NCBI GenBank assembly: GCA_031367715.1
Contig: JANLQJ010000405.1
Span: forward strand, 19,669-83,668
Origin: Hyphomicrobiaceae bacterium
GTDB lineage: Bacteria > Pseudomonadota > Alphaproteobacteria > Rhizobiales > Hyphomicrobiaceae
Length of the DNA stretch: 64,000 bases
Reading direction: 5' to 3'
Shown here: positions 55,801-64,000 of the stretch, piece by piece
How positions within the stretch are numbered: position 1 is the first letter of the stretch
Layout of the letters: every line of letters begins with the position of its first letter
The notes under the pieces: model-generated
Database searches by the model: none
What the model saw: only the letters and a program-made list of their open reading frames with translations
What the model was told of the DNA's origin: nothing
Made by a program: the position numbers and the translations under genes

Positions 55801-58284
55801 ATGATCCTCAGCAGCCTGACCACTCCCCTTGAGCCGAGGCAGGCGCGCCTCACGGCAATGGTCGCCGCAGCCCTCGCCGGCAGCCTTGGTTTCGTGACCC
55901 TGCTGGAAACCGAAGCCACCGCCAGCCCGAGCCTGCCCGGACCCTTGACCATGCTGCTGCTGGCGACGGTGACCGGCGCCGCCGCCCTGCTCGGCACCCT
56001 CGCCCTGCGCTTGCGCCGCGAATCCCTGCACGCCAGCGCCCAACTCGCCCAAATGCAGACCGAGCTTGCCGCCAACCGCAAGCGGCTCGAGATCGCCGAG
56101 ACAGTCGGCAGCCCGCGGGCCGAGACGTTGCTTTACTGGGACGCTGCCCGCGAACCGGCCTTGCTCACCGCGGGCATCGATCCGCGTCATGGCGTCCCGA
56201 CCAGCGCCACCGCCATCCTCGGCGCGGGCTGGCTTGAGCCGGCAGCCGCGCAGCAGTTCCAGGCTAGCCTGCATCGACTGACCACGGACGGCAAACCCTT
56301 CGCGCTGGCCTCCAACACGCTGACCGGCGGCACCATGCAGATCGCAGGCGAAGTGCGCGGCGCCTACGCCATCTTGCGCATCGCCGACATCTCGGGCGAG
56401 CGCAAGGCCGTGCGCGACACCGAGGAACGCAGCGCCCGTGTCTCGCGCGACGCCCAGCTCACCCGCGCCCTCTATGAGGCGCTGCCGGTGCCGGTCTGGT
56501 TCCGCTCCGCCGACGGCAGGATCGATTGGGTGAATTCGGCCTATGTGCGCGCCGTCGACGGCTTTTCGCGCGAGGACGTGCGCACCCGCCAGGTCGAGCT
56601 GTTGGAAACCCGCCAGCGCACCAATGTCGCCACCTCGCTCAGCGCCGGCCGCATCCACCGCGAGCGCGTGCACGTGTTTGTCGGCGGCGAACGCCGCTCC
56701 TACGATCTGGTCGCGGTGCCGCTCGATGGCGCCAGCGCGCTGATCGCCAACGACGCCGCCGCGCTGGAAACCGCGCAAGGCGAACTCACTCGCCAGATGG
56801 CCGCCTATGACCGCACGCTCGATCGGGTCGCCACGGCCGTTGCCAATTTCGGCCCCGACCAGCGCCTGGTCTATTGCAACGAGGCCTACCGCCAGCTCTG
56901 GAAGCTCGATCCCGATTGGCTGAAGTCGCACCCCAAGGATGGCGAAGTCCTCGACCGCTTGCGCGAACGCCGGCAACTGCCCGAGGAAGCCGACTACCGC
57001 AAATGGAAGACCGCTCTGCTCGACAGCTACACGTCCAATGCCGGCAAGGAAGCCTGGTGGTATCTGCCGAGCGGGCGCACCGTGCACGTCACGATCGAGC
57101 AGCGCCCGGATGGCGGCGTCAGCTATCTCTATGACGACGTCACTGAAAAACTGGCGCTGGAGCGCCGCTACCACGCCGCCATGCACATCCAGCGCGGTAC
57201 ACTCGACACCTTGCGCGAGGGCGTGGCGGTGTTTGCCACCGATGGCAGATTGTCGTTGTTCAATCCATCCTTCGCGCGACTCTGGAAGCTGAACCCGAAC
57301 GATCTCGCCCGCGAGCCGCATGTCGATGAAGTGGTGCGCCGCTGCGCCGTGCTGTTCGATGATGAGGCGACCTGGTCCAACATCAAACGCGCGGTGACCA
57401 CCATCAGCGGCCAGCGCCAGCGCCTGCAGGGCACCATGGAGCGCCCGGACCAGAGCGTCATCGCCTATGCCGGCCTGCCGTTGCCAGATGGCGCCATGCT
57501 GTTGACCTTCGTCGATACTACCGATACGACGCGCGCCGAACGCATGCTGCGCGAACGCAACGATGCGCTGATTCAGGCCGACCGGCTGAAATCGCAATTC
57601 ATCTCCCTGGTTTCTTATGAACTGCGCTCGCCGCTGCAGAACATCATCGGCTTTTCCGAGTTCCTGGAGAATCCGAAGGTCGGCCCGCTCAACCCCAAAC
57701 AGCGCGAATATCTGCAGGACATTCACGGCTCGTCGCGCACGCTGCTGTCGATCATCAACGACATCCTGGACCTTACCTCGATCGATGCCGGCGCGCTGGA
57801 ACTGAAGCTTGGCCCGGTGAAGGTCGCCAACGTCATTGCCCAAGCGGCCGCCGCGATGGAAGAGCGCATGACGCGCGAGAAAATCGGACTGCGCGAGACC
57901 ATCGATGCGTCGGCGCTGGAATTCATCGGTGACGAGCACCGTGTCAAGCAGGTGCTGTACAATCTGATGTCGAACGCCATCGGCTTTTCCAAGGAGGGCG
58001 ACACCATCACACTCGATTGCCGGCGCGACGGCAACGACATCACCTTCAGCGTCACCGATCATGGCGTCGGCATTCCCTTGGAAGATCAGCCGCGCGTGTT
58101 CGAGCGCTTCGTCAGCCGCGCGCAGGGCTCGCGTCATCGCGGCGCTGGACTCGGCCTGCCGATCGTCAAGCACCTGGTCGAGCTGCACGGCGGCGGCGTG
58201 GCGCTGATGTCCGAGCCCGGCAAGGGCACCAGGGTGACGGTACGGTTTCCGGCCGCGGTGAAGGGACAAGTGGCGGCGGCGTAG
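55801..58284 (+). CDS. PAS-domain sensor histidine kinase
   Basis: H-box SYELRSPLQNIIGFSE, N-box LYNLMSNAIGFS, DHGVGIP, GAGLGLPIVK. The 908-aa antisense ORF is rejected. Confidence 0.85.
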   Translation: MILSSLTTPLEPRQARLTAMVAAALAGSLGFVTLLETEATASPSLPGPLTMLLLATVTGAAALLGTLALRLRRESLHASAQLAQMQTELAANRKRLEIAETVGSPRAETLLYWDAAREPALLTAGIDPRHGVPTSATAILGAGWLEPAAAQQFQASLHRLTTDGKPFALASNTLTGGTMQIAGEVRGAYAILRIADISGERKAVRDTEERSARVSRDAQLTRALYEALPVPVWFRSADGRIDWVNSAYVRAVDGFSREDVRTRQVELLETRQRTNVATSLSAGRIHRERVHVFVGGERRSYDLVAVPLDGASALIANDAAALETAQGELTRQMAAYDRTLDRVATAVANFGPDQRLVYCNEAYRQLWKLDPDWLKSHPKDGEVLDRLRERRQLPEEADYRKWKTALLDSYTSNAGKEAWWYLPSGRTVHVTIEQRPDGGVSYLYDDVTEKLALERRYHAAMHIQRGTLDTLREGVAVFATDGRLSLFNPSFARLWKLNPNDLAREPHVDEVVRRCAVLFDDEATWSNIKRAVTTISGQRQRLQGTMERPDQSVIAYAGLPLPDGAMLLTFVDTTDTTRAERMLRERNDALIQADRLKSQFISLVSYELRSPLQNIIGFSEFLENPKVGPLNPKQREYLQDIHGSSRTLLSIINDILDLTSIDAGALELKLGPVKVANVIAQAAAAMEERMTREKIGLRETIDASALEFIGDEHRVKQVLYNLMSNAIGFSKEGDTITLDCRRDGNDITFSVTDHGVGIPLEDQPRVFERFVSRAQGSRHRGAGLGLPIVKHLVELHGGGVALMSEPGKGTRVTVRFPAAVKGQVAAA

Positions 58285-58301
58285 AAGGGCGCGGCACTTT
58301 T

Positions 58302-58350
58302 TTCTCCCCGTTTTTACGGGGAGAAGGTGGCACGAAGCGCCGCATGAGGG
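58302..58350. repeat. REP family 1 copy
   Basis: TTCTCCCC-GTTTTTAC-GGGGAGAAGGTGGCACGAAGCGCCGCATGAGGG. Confidence 0.8.
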
Positions 58351-58400
58351 ACAGCAAAGTACTGTGACCCCGGTTGCCACGGAGGCCGAGCCAGCTCTTG

Positions 58401-58450
58401 CCCCTCACCCACCCTTCGGGCACCCTCTCCCCGTCAAAACAAGGAGAGGG
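58401..58450. repeat. REP family 1 copy, opposite orientation
   Basis: CCCCTCACCCACCCTTCGGGCACCCTCTCCCC-GTCAAAAC-AAGGAGAGGG resembles the reverse complement of 58302-58350. Confidence 0.75.
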
Positions 58451-58475
58451 AAGTAAGATCGCTACGGATTGCCAA

Positions 58476-59951
58476 ATGCTTGACTGGCCTCTCGCCCCCG
58501 TCACGCTGCCCGGTCTCGAGCGGCTGGCCGGGCTGCTGGCGCAGTATGCCCGCTCTGGCGATCTCATCCTGCTGATCGGCGATCTCGGCGCTGGCAAGAC
58601 GACGTTTGCGCGCGCTTTCATCCGGGCGCTGGCAGCCAATCCCGAACTGGAAGTGCCCAGCCCCACCTTCGCGCTGCTGCAGAGCTACGAGACCCCACGC
58701 GTCACCGTGCATCACTTCGATCTCTACCGGCTTGGTGGCCCCCTTGAGGTGCGTGAAATCGGATTTGAGGAGGCGCTGACTTCTGGACTTGCCCTGATCG
58801 AATGGCCGGACCGGGCCGGCGACCTGCTGCCCGCGGAGCGGCTGGAGATGCATCTTGCGGACGGTGCCGATGCCGACCACCGGCAGGTGCGGCTGCACGG
58901 CCAAGGCGGCTGGGCTGAACGGCTGGCCCATCTCGCGACAGTGCATGGCTTCCTCGCACGCAGCGGTGCCGGCGATGCCATCGTGCAGCATCTGGCCGGC
59001 GACGCCTCGCGCCGCTCCTACGCCAGGCTGGTCGGACCAACCGGCAGTGGTCTGCTGATGGACAGTCCGCCGCTGGCTGATACGCCGCTGGTCAAGGACG
59101 GCAAGCCCTATTGGGCCATAGCCCACTCGGCCCGCGACGTGCGGGCGTTCGTGGCGATCGACGCTCGCCTCGCCAGCTACGGATTGTCGGTCCCCGCCAT
59201 ATTTCGTTCCGATTTCGATGCCGGCCTGCTGCTGATCGAGGATCTCGGTGACCAGACTTTCGGCGCCGCGTTGGCTGCCGGCGTGCCGATGCGCACGCTC
59301 TATCAGGCTGCCGCGGATGTGCTGGTTGAGCTGTCGCAGCGTCCGGTGCCGGACGATTTGCCGGCCTATGACAAGGATGCGCTGTTGATCGAGGCCAGCC
59401 TGTTGCTCGACTGGTATTGGCCGCAGGTGACGGGACGATCCCCCGAGGCGGCGGAGCGGGAGGAATTTTACCTGCTGTGGACGCAAGCCTTGGCGCAGAT
59501 CCTGGCTACGCCGCCCGCCTGGGTGCTGCGCGATGTCCATTCACCCAATCTGCTGTGGCTTCCAGAGCGCGCGGGCATGCGCAAGGTCGGTGTGATCGAC
59601 TTCCAGGACGCGCTGGCGGGCCATGCGGCCTACGACCTCGGCTCGCTGCTGCGCGATGCGCGGCTGGATGTGCCAGACGCGCTGGCAAGAGAGCTGCTGG
59701 CTTATTATGTCGAGCAAAGACATCTGCGTGATCATCAATTCGATACAGCCAGCTTCCGGCGCGCCTTCGCCACACTGGCGGTGCAGCGCAACACCAAGAT
59801 CCTGGGCATTTTCGCGCGGCTGGCAAGACGCGACGGCAAGCCTGGCTATTTGCAGCATTTGCCGCGAATTAGGGCCTATCTGGCGCGCGATCTGGCGCAT
59901 GAGGGGTTGGCGGGGTTGCAGGAGTGGTATCAGCGGCACTTGCCGGGGTGA
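58476..59951 (+). CDS. TsaE (t6A ATPase) fused to an APH-type sugar kinase (AmgK-like)
   Basis: Start trimmed to ATG 58476. N-terminal GDLGAGKTTFARAF and HFDLYRL (TsaE). C-terminal VLRDVHSPNLLWL and IDFQDA (kinase catalytic and Mg loops). Confidence 0.75.
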   Translation: MLDWPLAPVTLPGLERLAGLLAQYARSGDLILLIGDLGAGKTTFARAFIRALAANPELEVPSPTFALLQSYETPRVTVHHFDLYRLGGPLEVREIGFEEALTSGLALIEWPDRAGDLLPAERLEMHLADGADADHRQVRLHGQGGWAERLAHLATVHGFLARSGAGDAIVQHLAGDASRRSYARLVGPTGSGLLMDSPPLADTPLVKDGKPYWAIAHSARDVRAFVAIDARLASYGLSVPAIFRSDFDAGLLLIEDLGDQTFGAALAAGVPMRTLYQAAADVLVELSQRPVPDDLPAYDKDALLIEASLLLDWYWPQVTGRSPEAAEREEFYLLWTQALAQILATPPAWVLRDVHSPNLLWLPERAGMRKVGVIDFQDALAGHAAYDLGSLLRDARLDVPDALARELLAYYVEQRHLRDHQFDTASFRRAFATLAVQRNTKILGIFARLARRDGKPGYLQHLPRIRAYLARDLAHEGLAGLQEWYQRHLPG

Positions 59952-60101
59952 GTCCACACCGTCATCCCGCATGCGCTGCTAACGGGATCACCGTTTGGGG
60001 CAGGGCCGACAACCGGCCGGCTTCACCTCCCCACTCGACATTTGCCGGCGCGGGTGGAAAGACAGCGCGTGGCGGAGCAACCGACGGGGAACTTTGGGCC
60101 C

Positions 60102-60830
60102 ATGACTGTCAAACCGAAACGGGCCATGCTGCTGGCGGCCGGGCTGGGCCTGCGCATGCGGCCGTTGACCCAGAGCATGCCCAAACCCCTGGTGCGGCTC
60201 GCCAACAAGCCACTGCTCGATCATGTGCTTGATCGCCTGGTCGCCGCCGGCGTCGAGACCGTCGTGATCAACACCCACTACCTCGCCGCGCAGATCGAGC
60301 AGCACGTCAAGACGCGCCGCGCGCCCAAAATCGTCATCTCAAACGAGACTGCCGAACTGCTCGATACCGGCGGCGGCGTCGTCAAGGCGCTGGCGCAGCT
60401 GGGCAAAGAGCCGTTCTATGTCTGCAATTCCGATTCCATCTCGGTACCGGGCGGCGGCGCCAATCTCGCCCGCATGGCCGCCGCTTTCGATCCCGAACGC
60501 ATGGATTGCCTGATGTTGCTGGCGACCGCCGCCACCTCGCTCGGCTATGACGGCCAGGGCGATTTCTTCATGGCGCCCGATGGCCTGTTGACGCGGCGAC
60601 GCGAGCGCGAGATCGCGCCGTTTGCCTTCACGGGCACGTCCCTCGCCCACCCACGGCTGTTCGAGGGCGCGCCCAAGGGCAGGTTCTCGCTGAACACATT
60701 GTGGGATCGCGCCATGGCGACCGGGCGGCTCTATGGCATCCGCCAGGACGGGCTGTGGATGCATATCGGCTCGCCCGACGCCCTGGCCCAGGCCGAACAG
60801 CTGCTCAGCTCGGGCGAGAGCTATTTCTGA
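60102..60830 (+). CDS. Sugar-phosphate nucleotidyltransferase (MurU-like)
   Basis: Start trimmed to ATG 60102. LLAAGLGLRMRPLTQSMPKPLV. Directly follows the AmgK-like kinase. Confidence 0.7.
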   Translation: MTVKPKRAMLLAAGLGLRMRPLTQSMPKPLVRLANKPLLDHVLDRLVAAGVETVVINTHYLAAQIEQHVKTRRAPKIVISNETAELLDTGGGVVKALAQLGKEPFYVCNSDSISVPGGGANLARMAAAFDPERMDCLMLLATAATSLGYDGQGDFFMAPDGLLTRRREREIAPFAFTGTSLAHPRLFEGAPKGRFSLNTLWDRAMATGRLYGIRQDGLWMHIGSPDALAQAEQLLSSGESYF

Positions 60831-63800
60831 TGGCTGGCGCCGCCACCCCACGCGTGTTCAGTATTCCGGCTGGGCGGCCGTTCCTGGCCTGCCTGGCCGA
60901 AGCGACCCTGGCCGGGCAGCTGGCGGGGATGGCTGGTCCGCCTACGCTACTCGAGCTGCCCAAGATCACGCTACTGCTGCCAACCCGGCGCGCCTGCAAG
61001 GCCATGCAGGAGGCGTTTCTCAGCGCCAGCGGCGGCCGCGCCTTGTTGCTGCCGCGCATCCGACCGATCGGCGATGTCGATGAGGACGAAAGCCTGTTGA
61101 CGGCCGGCGATTTCGATCTGCCGCCAGCCATGGACGGCATCGAGCGGCATCTGATCCTGACCAGCCTGGTGCTGAAATGGATCAAGCAGCGGCGCGTGGC
61201 TCTGGCCGCTACGCACGATACCGGCGCACCCGCAGGCGCCCAGACGCCCGCCCAGGCCTCGGCGCTGGCGCGCGGGCTGGCCCAGCTGATGGATATGGTC
61301 GAGACCGAGGGCGCTGACCTTTCCAAGCTGGCAGAGCTGGCCCCGGCCATGTTCTCGGAGCAATGGCGCCAGACGGTGGAGTTTCTCAGCATTCTGTCGG
61401 CCGTATGGCCCGCCATTCTGGCCGCCAGCGGCAAGCTCTCGCCCGCTGATCGTCGCAACCGGCTGCTCGCCCTGCAGGCGCAACTGTGGACCGACAAGCC
61501 GCCCAAGCATGCCGTGATCGTGGCCGGCGTCACCGGCAGCATTCCCGCCACGGCGCGCCTGATGCAGGTTGTCGCCGCGCTGCCAAAGGGCGCCGTGGTG
61601 TTGGCGGGCCTGGACCACGGTCTCGACGATGCGACCTGGGCTGAGGTGTATCCAGCCTCGCCGTCGCATCCGCTATTCCGGCTGGCCACCTTGCTGGCGC
61701 GATGGGGTGTTGCGCGCAGCGCCGTCAAGCCGTTGGGCGTGCCCCCGTCCGAGCGCCAGCGCGTCATTGGCGAAGCGCTGCGACCGGCCGCCTCGACTGC
61801 GGCCTGGGGCGAAATCGGCGCGCGCCTCGATGCCAGCACCGTCGCTGCCGCCCTCAGCGGCATCGTGCGCCTGGATGCCGCCAGCCCCGAGGACGAGGCC
61901 GAGGCGGTCGCGCTCATCTTGCGCCGCGCCGCCGACAGCCCCGCCACCACCGCCGCGCTGGTGACGCCCGACCGCACGCTGGCGCGCCGGGTGGCCGTGC
62001 GCCTGACCAGCTGGGGCATCAGCATCGATGACAGCGCTGGCCGGCCGCTGTCCAAGACGCCACCGGGCGTGCTGTTCGACCTGACCGCCACCGTGCTGGC
62101 AATGGACTTTGCCCCCGCCCCGCTGATGGCGCTGCTGAAACACCCCTTGACCCGGCTTGGCCTGACCGTTGCCGAGGTCCGGCGCGGCGCACGCATGCTG
62201 GAACTGCGCGCACTCAGGCGGCCCAATCTCGGCGCCGGGCTCGGCAGCCTGCGCACGCTTCTTGCGGACGCTGGCAACACTCCCGACCCGGACGATCACG
62301 AGCCGCATCATCGCGCCATCTCCGGCATGTCGGATCGCGACGGCGCGCTCGCCCGCAGCGTCCTGGAGGCGCTGGCGGCGGCACTCGCTCCGTTGCGCCA
62401 GCTGTTTGAAGCGGGCGGCCAACATCCACTCGCGACCCTGATCGATGCGCATATCGCGACCGTGGAGTTGATCGCCACCGACGAAACCGGCGCCACCGAC
62501 GCCCTGTGGGCCGAACCTGCCGGCGAGGCCGCCTCGGCCTATCTCGCTAGCCTGGTTGCGGCCGGCGCCAACGCGCTTGCCATCGCGCCGGCGGCCTACC
62601 CCGAGCTGTACCGCAGCCTGATCGCCACCGAGACGGTGCGGGCCGCGCGCACCAGCCATCCCAACCTGACCATACTTGGCCCGTTCGAAGCCCGCCTGCT
62701 GCAACCCGACATCGTCATTCTTGGCGGCCTCAACGATGGCGTGGCGCCCGAGATCGCCGAGCCCGATCCCTGGCTGAACCGGCCGATGCTGGCGGCGCTG
62801 GGCTTGCCGCAGCCCGAGACGCGCATCGGCGATGCCGCGCACGACTTCGTGCAACTGCTCAGCGTGCAGACGGTCTATCTCACCCGCGCGGTCAAACGCG
62901 ATGGCGCGCCGACCGTCGCCTCGCGCTGGCTGCTGCGGCTGGATGCGGTGCTCGCCGGCCTCGGCCTCAAGAACACCTTTGCCGGCGATGCTGCCGAGCC
63001 CTGGCTGGCCTGGGCGCAGAACCAGAAGGCGCTGACAGATTTTGCCCCGCGCCCGGCCCCCGCGCCGCGCCCGCCGCTGGTCGCCCGTCCGCGCCAATTG
63101 AGTGTCACGCGCATCGAACACTGGATGGCCAACCCGTATGCAATTTTCGCCCGCGAGATCCTGCGCCTGGAGCTGATGCCGGAACTTGGCGGCGCGCCCG
63201 AGGCCAGCGTGCGTGGACGCATCATCCATCAGGCCCTGCACCGCTTTGCGGCCAGGCATCCCGACGCGCTCCCCGCCGACATTACCGCCGCGTTGCTCGC
63301 CGAGGCTGAGGCGGGCCTGACGCGGCTGGCTGCCCACCCGCGGGTCGCGGCCTTCTGGCGCCCCCGCTTTGCCCGCTTTGCCGACTGGTTTGCCGGCTCC
63401 GAGCCGACGCGGCGCACCGGCATCGCGCGCACCGTCAGCGAAATCTCCGGCGCCATCGGCCTTGCCGCTCCGGGCGGCCCGTTCCGGCTGACGGCGCGCG
63501 CCGATCGCATCGATATGCTGCAAGGCGGCGGCGTGCTGATCACTGACTACAAGACCGGCGCGGTGCCGAACGACGCGCGCGTCACGACGGGCCTGTCCCC
63601 GCAACTGCCGTTGGAAGCCGCCATCGCCGCCGAGGGTGGGTTCGCGGGCATCGCGGCCAGTCCGGTCTCGCTGCTGCGCTTCATCGCGGCCACCGGCGGC
63701 GAACCACCCGGCCTCGAACACGCCGTCAAATGCGACGATGTCACTGTACTCGCCGCGGAGACCCTCGCTGGCCTGACACGCCTGATCGCGCGTTTCGACG

Positions 63801-63928
63801 ATCCGTCGACTCCCTATACTTCGCTGCGCCGCCCGGGCTTCCGCGATAGTGCGCGTTACGACGACTACGCCCATCTGGCCCGCGTCAAGGAGTGGTCGCT
63901 GTTGGCTGAGGCAGGCAACGATGAGTGA
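60830..63928 (+). CDS. addB: Double-strand break repair protein AddB
   Basis: Start trimmed to ATG 60830, giving a TGATG overlap. About 1030 aa. C-terminal nuclease motif RADRIDMLQGGGVLITDYKTG. Conserved position after the kinase and nucleotidyltransferase genes in alphaproteobacteria. Confidence 0.8.
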   Translation: MAGAATPRVFSIPAGRPFLACLAEATLAGQLAGMAGPPTLLELPKITLLLPTRRACKAMQEAFLSASGGRALLLPRIRPIGDVDEDESLLTAGDFDLPPAMDGIERHLILTSLVLKWIKQRRVALAATHDTGAPAGAQTPAQASALARGLAQLMDMVETEGADLSKLAELAPAMFSEQWRQTVEFLSILSAVWPAILAASGKLSPADRRNRLLALQAQLWTDKPPKHAVIVAGVTGSIPATARLMQVVAALPKGAVVLAGLDHGLDDATWAEVYPASPSHPLFRLATLLARWGVARSAVKPLGVPPSERQRVIGEALRPAASTAAWGEIGARLDASTVAAALSGIVRLDAASPEDEAEAVALILRRAADSPATTAALVTPDRTLARRVAVRLTSWGISIDDSAGRPLSKTPPGVLFDLTATVLAMDFAPAPLMALLKHPLTRLGLTVAEVRRGARMLELRALRRPNLGAGLGSLRTLLADAGNTPDPDDHEPHHRAISGMSDRDGALARSVLEALAAALAPLRQLFEAGGQHPLATLIDAHIATVELIATDETGATDALWAEPAGEAASAYLASLVAAGANALAIAPAAYPELYRSLIATETVRAARTSHPNLTILGPFEARLLQPDIVILGGLNDGVAPEIAEPDPWLNRPMLAALGLPQPETRIGDAAHDFVQLLSVQTVYLTRAVKRDGAPTVASRWLLRLDAVLAGLGLKNTFAGDAAEPWLAWAQNQKALTDFAPRPAPAPRPPLVARPRQLSVTRIEHWMANPYAIFAREILRLELMPELGGAPEASVRGRIIHQALHRFAARHPDALPADITAALLAEAEAGLTRLAAHPRVAAFWRPRFARFADWFAGSEPTRRTGIARTVSEISGAIGLAAPGGPFRLTARADRIDMLQGGGVLITDYKTGAVPNDARVTTGLSPQLPLEAAIAAEGGFAGIAASPVSLLRFIAATGGEPPGLEHAVKCDDVTVLAAETLAGLTRLIARFDDPSTPYTSLRRPGFRDSARYDDYAHLARVKEWSLLAEAGNDE

Positions 63929-64000
63929 TCGACCCGCAAACGCGGCGACCGTAGGGTGCAATGGGCCCGTTTCCAGGGCCGGATCACCGTGCACGGGCGA

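Noticed and set aside
55654-58380. 908-aa minus-strand ORF
   Set aside because: It is antisense to the PAS histidine kinase, which has H, N and G boxes. The translation is Ala/Gly/Arg-rich without motifs.
61673-63994. 773-aa and 491-aa minus-strand ORFs (also 60805-62280)
   Set aside because: They are antisense to addB and are Arg/Gly-rich shadow ORFs.
63921-64000. Start of addA after addB
   Set aside because: Only ~75 nt remain. Two candidate starts exist: ATG 63921 (MSDRPANAATVG...) and ATG 63961 (MGPFPGPDHRARA...). Neither can be validated from so little sequence, so no feature is reported.

Overview
High-GC (about 65%) alphaproteobacterial chromosome segment, Hyphomicrobiales-like by gene content (inference). 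All family names come from reading the translations and recalling motifs; no searches were run. Positions 1-18.7 kb hold a complete RcGTA-type head-tail cluster on the minus strand. Its order is small terminase-like g1, TerL, portal, prohead protease, HK97 capsid, connector/adaptor proteins, major tail protein, chaperones g10/g10.1, short tape measure, DUF2460, DUF2163, NlpC/P60 peptidase and a 1311-aa g15 host-specificity protein. Three further genes follow: a DUF2793/collagen-like fibre gene, a 486-aa unknown and a TIGR02594-like hydrolase. No integrase, replication or lysis-regulation genes are visible. The main finding lies between portal and protease. The portal carries an in-frame Gly/Pro-rich C-terminal extension, then a single TAA, then an in-frame RNase-A-like CdiA-CT-type toxin domain. 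A tightly coupled CdiI-like immunity gene and a diverged, frameshifted orphan copy of the native portal 3' end follow. This is polymorphic-toxin architecture with a GTA/phage portal as the carrier. The cluster also shows an in-frame TAG in the fibre gene, a canonical GGGAAAC -1 frameshift site joining g10 to g10.1, and a nested palindromic element between g9 and g8. The remaining 45 kb is mostly housekeeping: ycgN, PBP1A, DUF1214/DUF1254, pncA, a Liv-type ABC transporter, fucose/xylose-type sugar catabolism, pyrD, htpG, a GGDEF-EAL protein, ahcY, a PAS histidine kinase, a tsaE-kinase fusion, a MurU-like gene and addB. It is interrupted by small accessory items: a ParDE-like TA pair between xylB and xylA, a GmrSD-like DUF262/DUF1524 defence gene, two REP families and a MITE-like element. 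There is also a 740-bp non-coding region with C-rich-loop sRNA candidates, and a TadG/vWA protein with an Asp/Gly/aromatic low-complexity insert. Many long ORFs in the track are antisense artefacts of high GC and were rejected. No rRNA, tRNA or CRISPR array was found.
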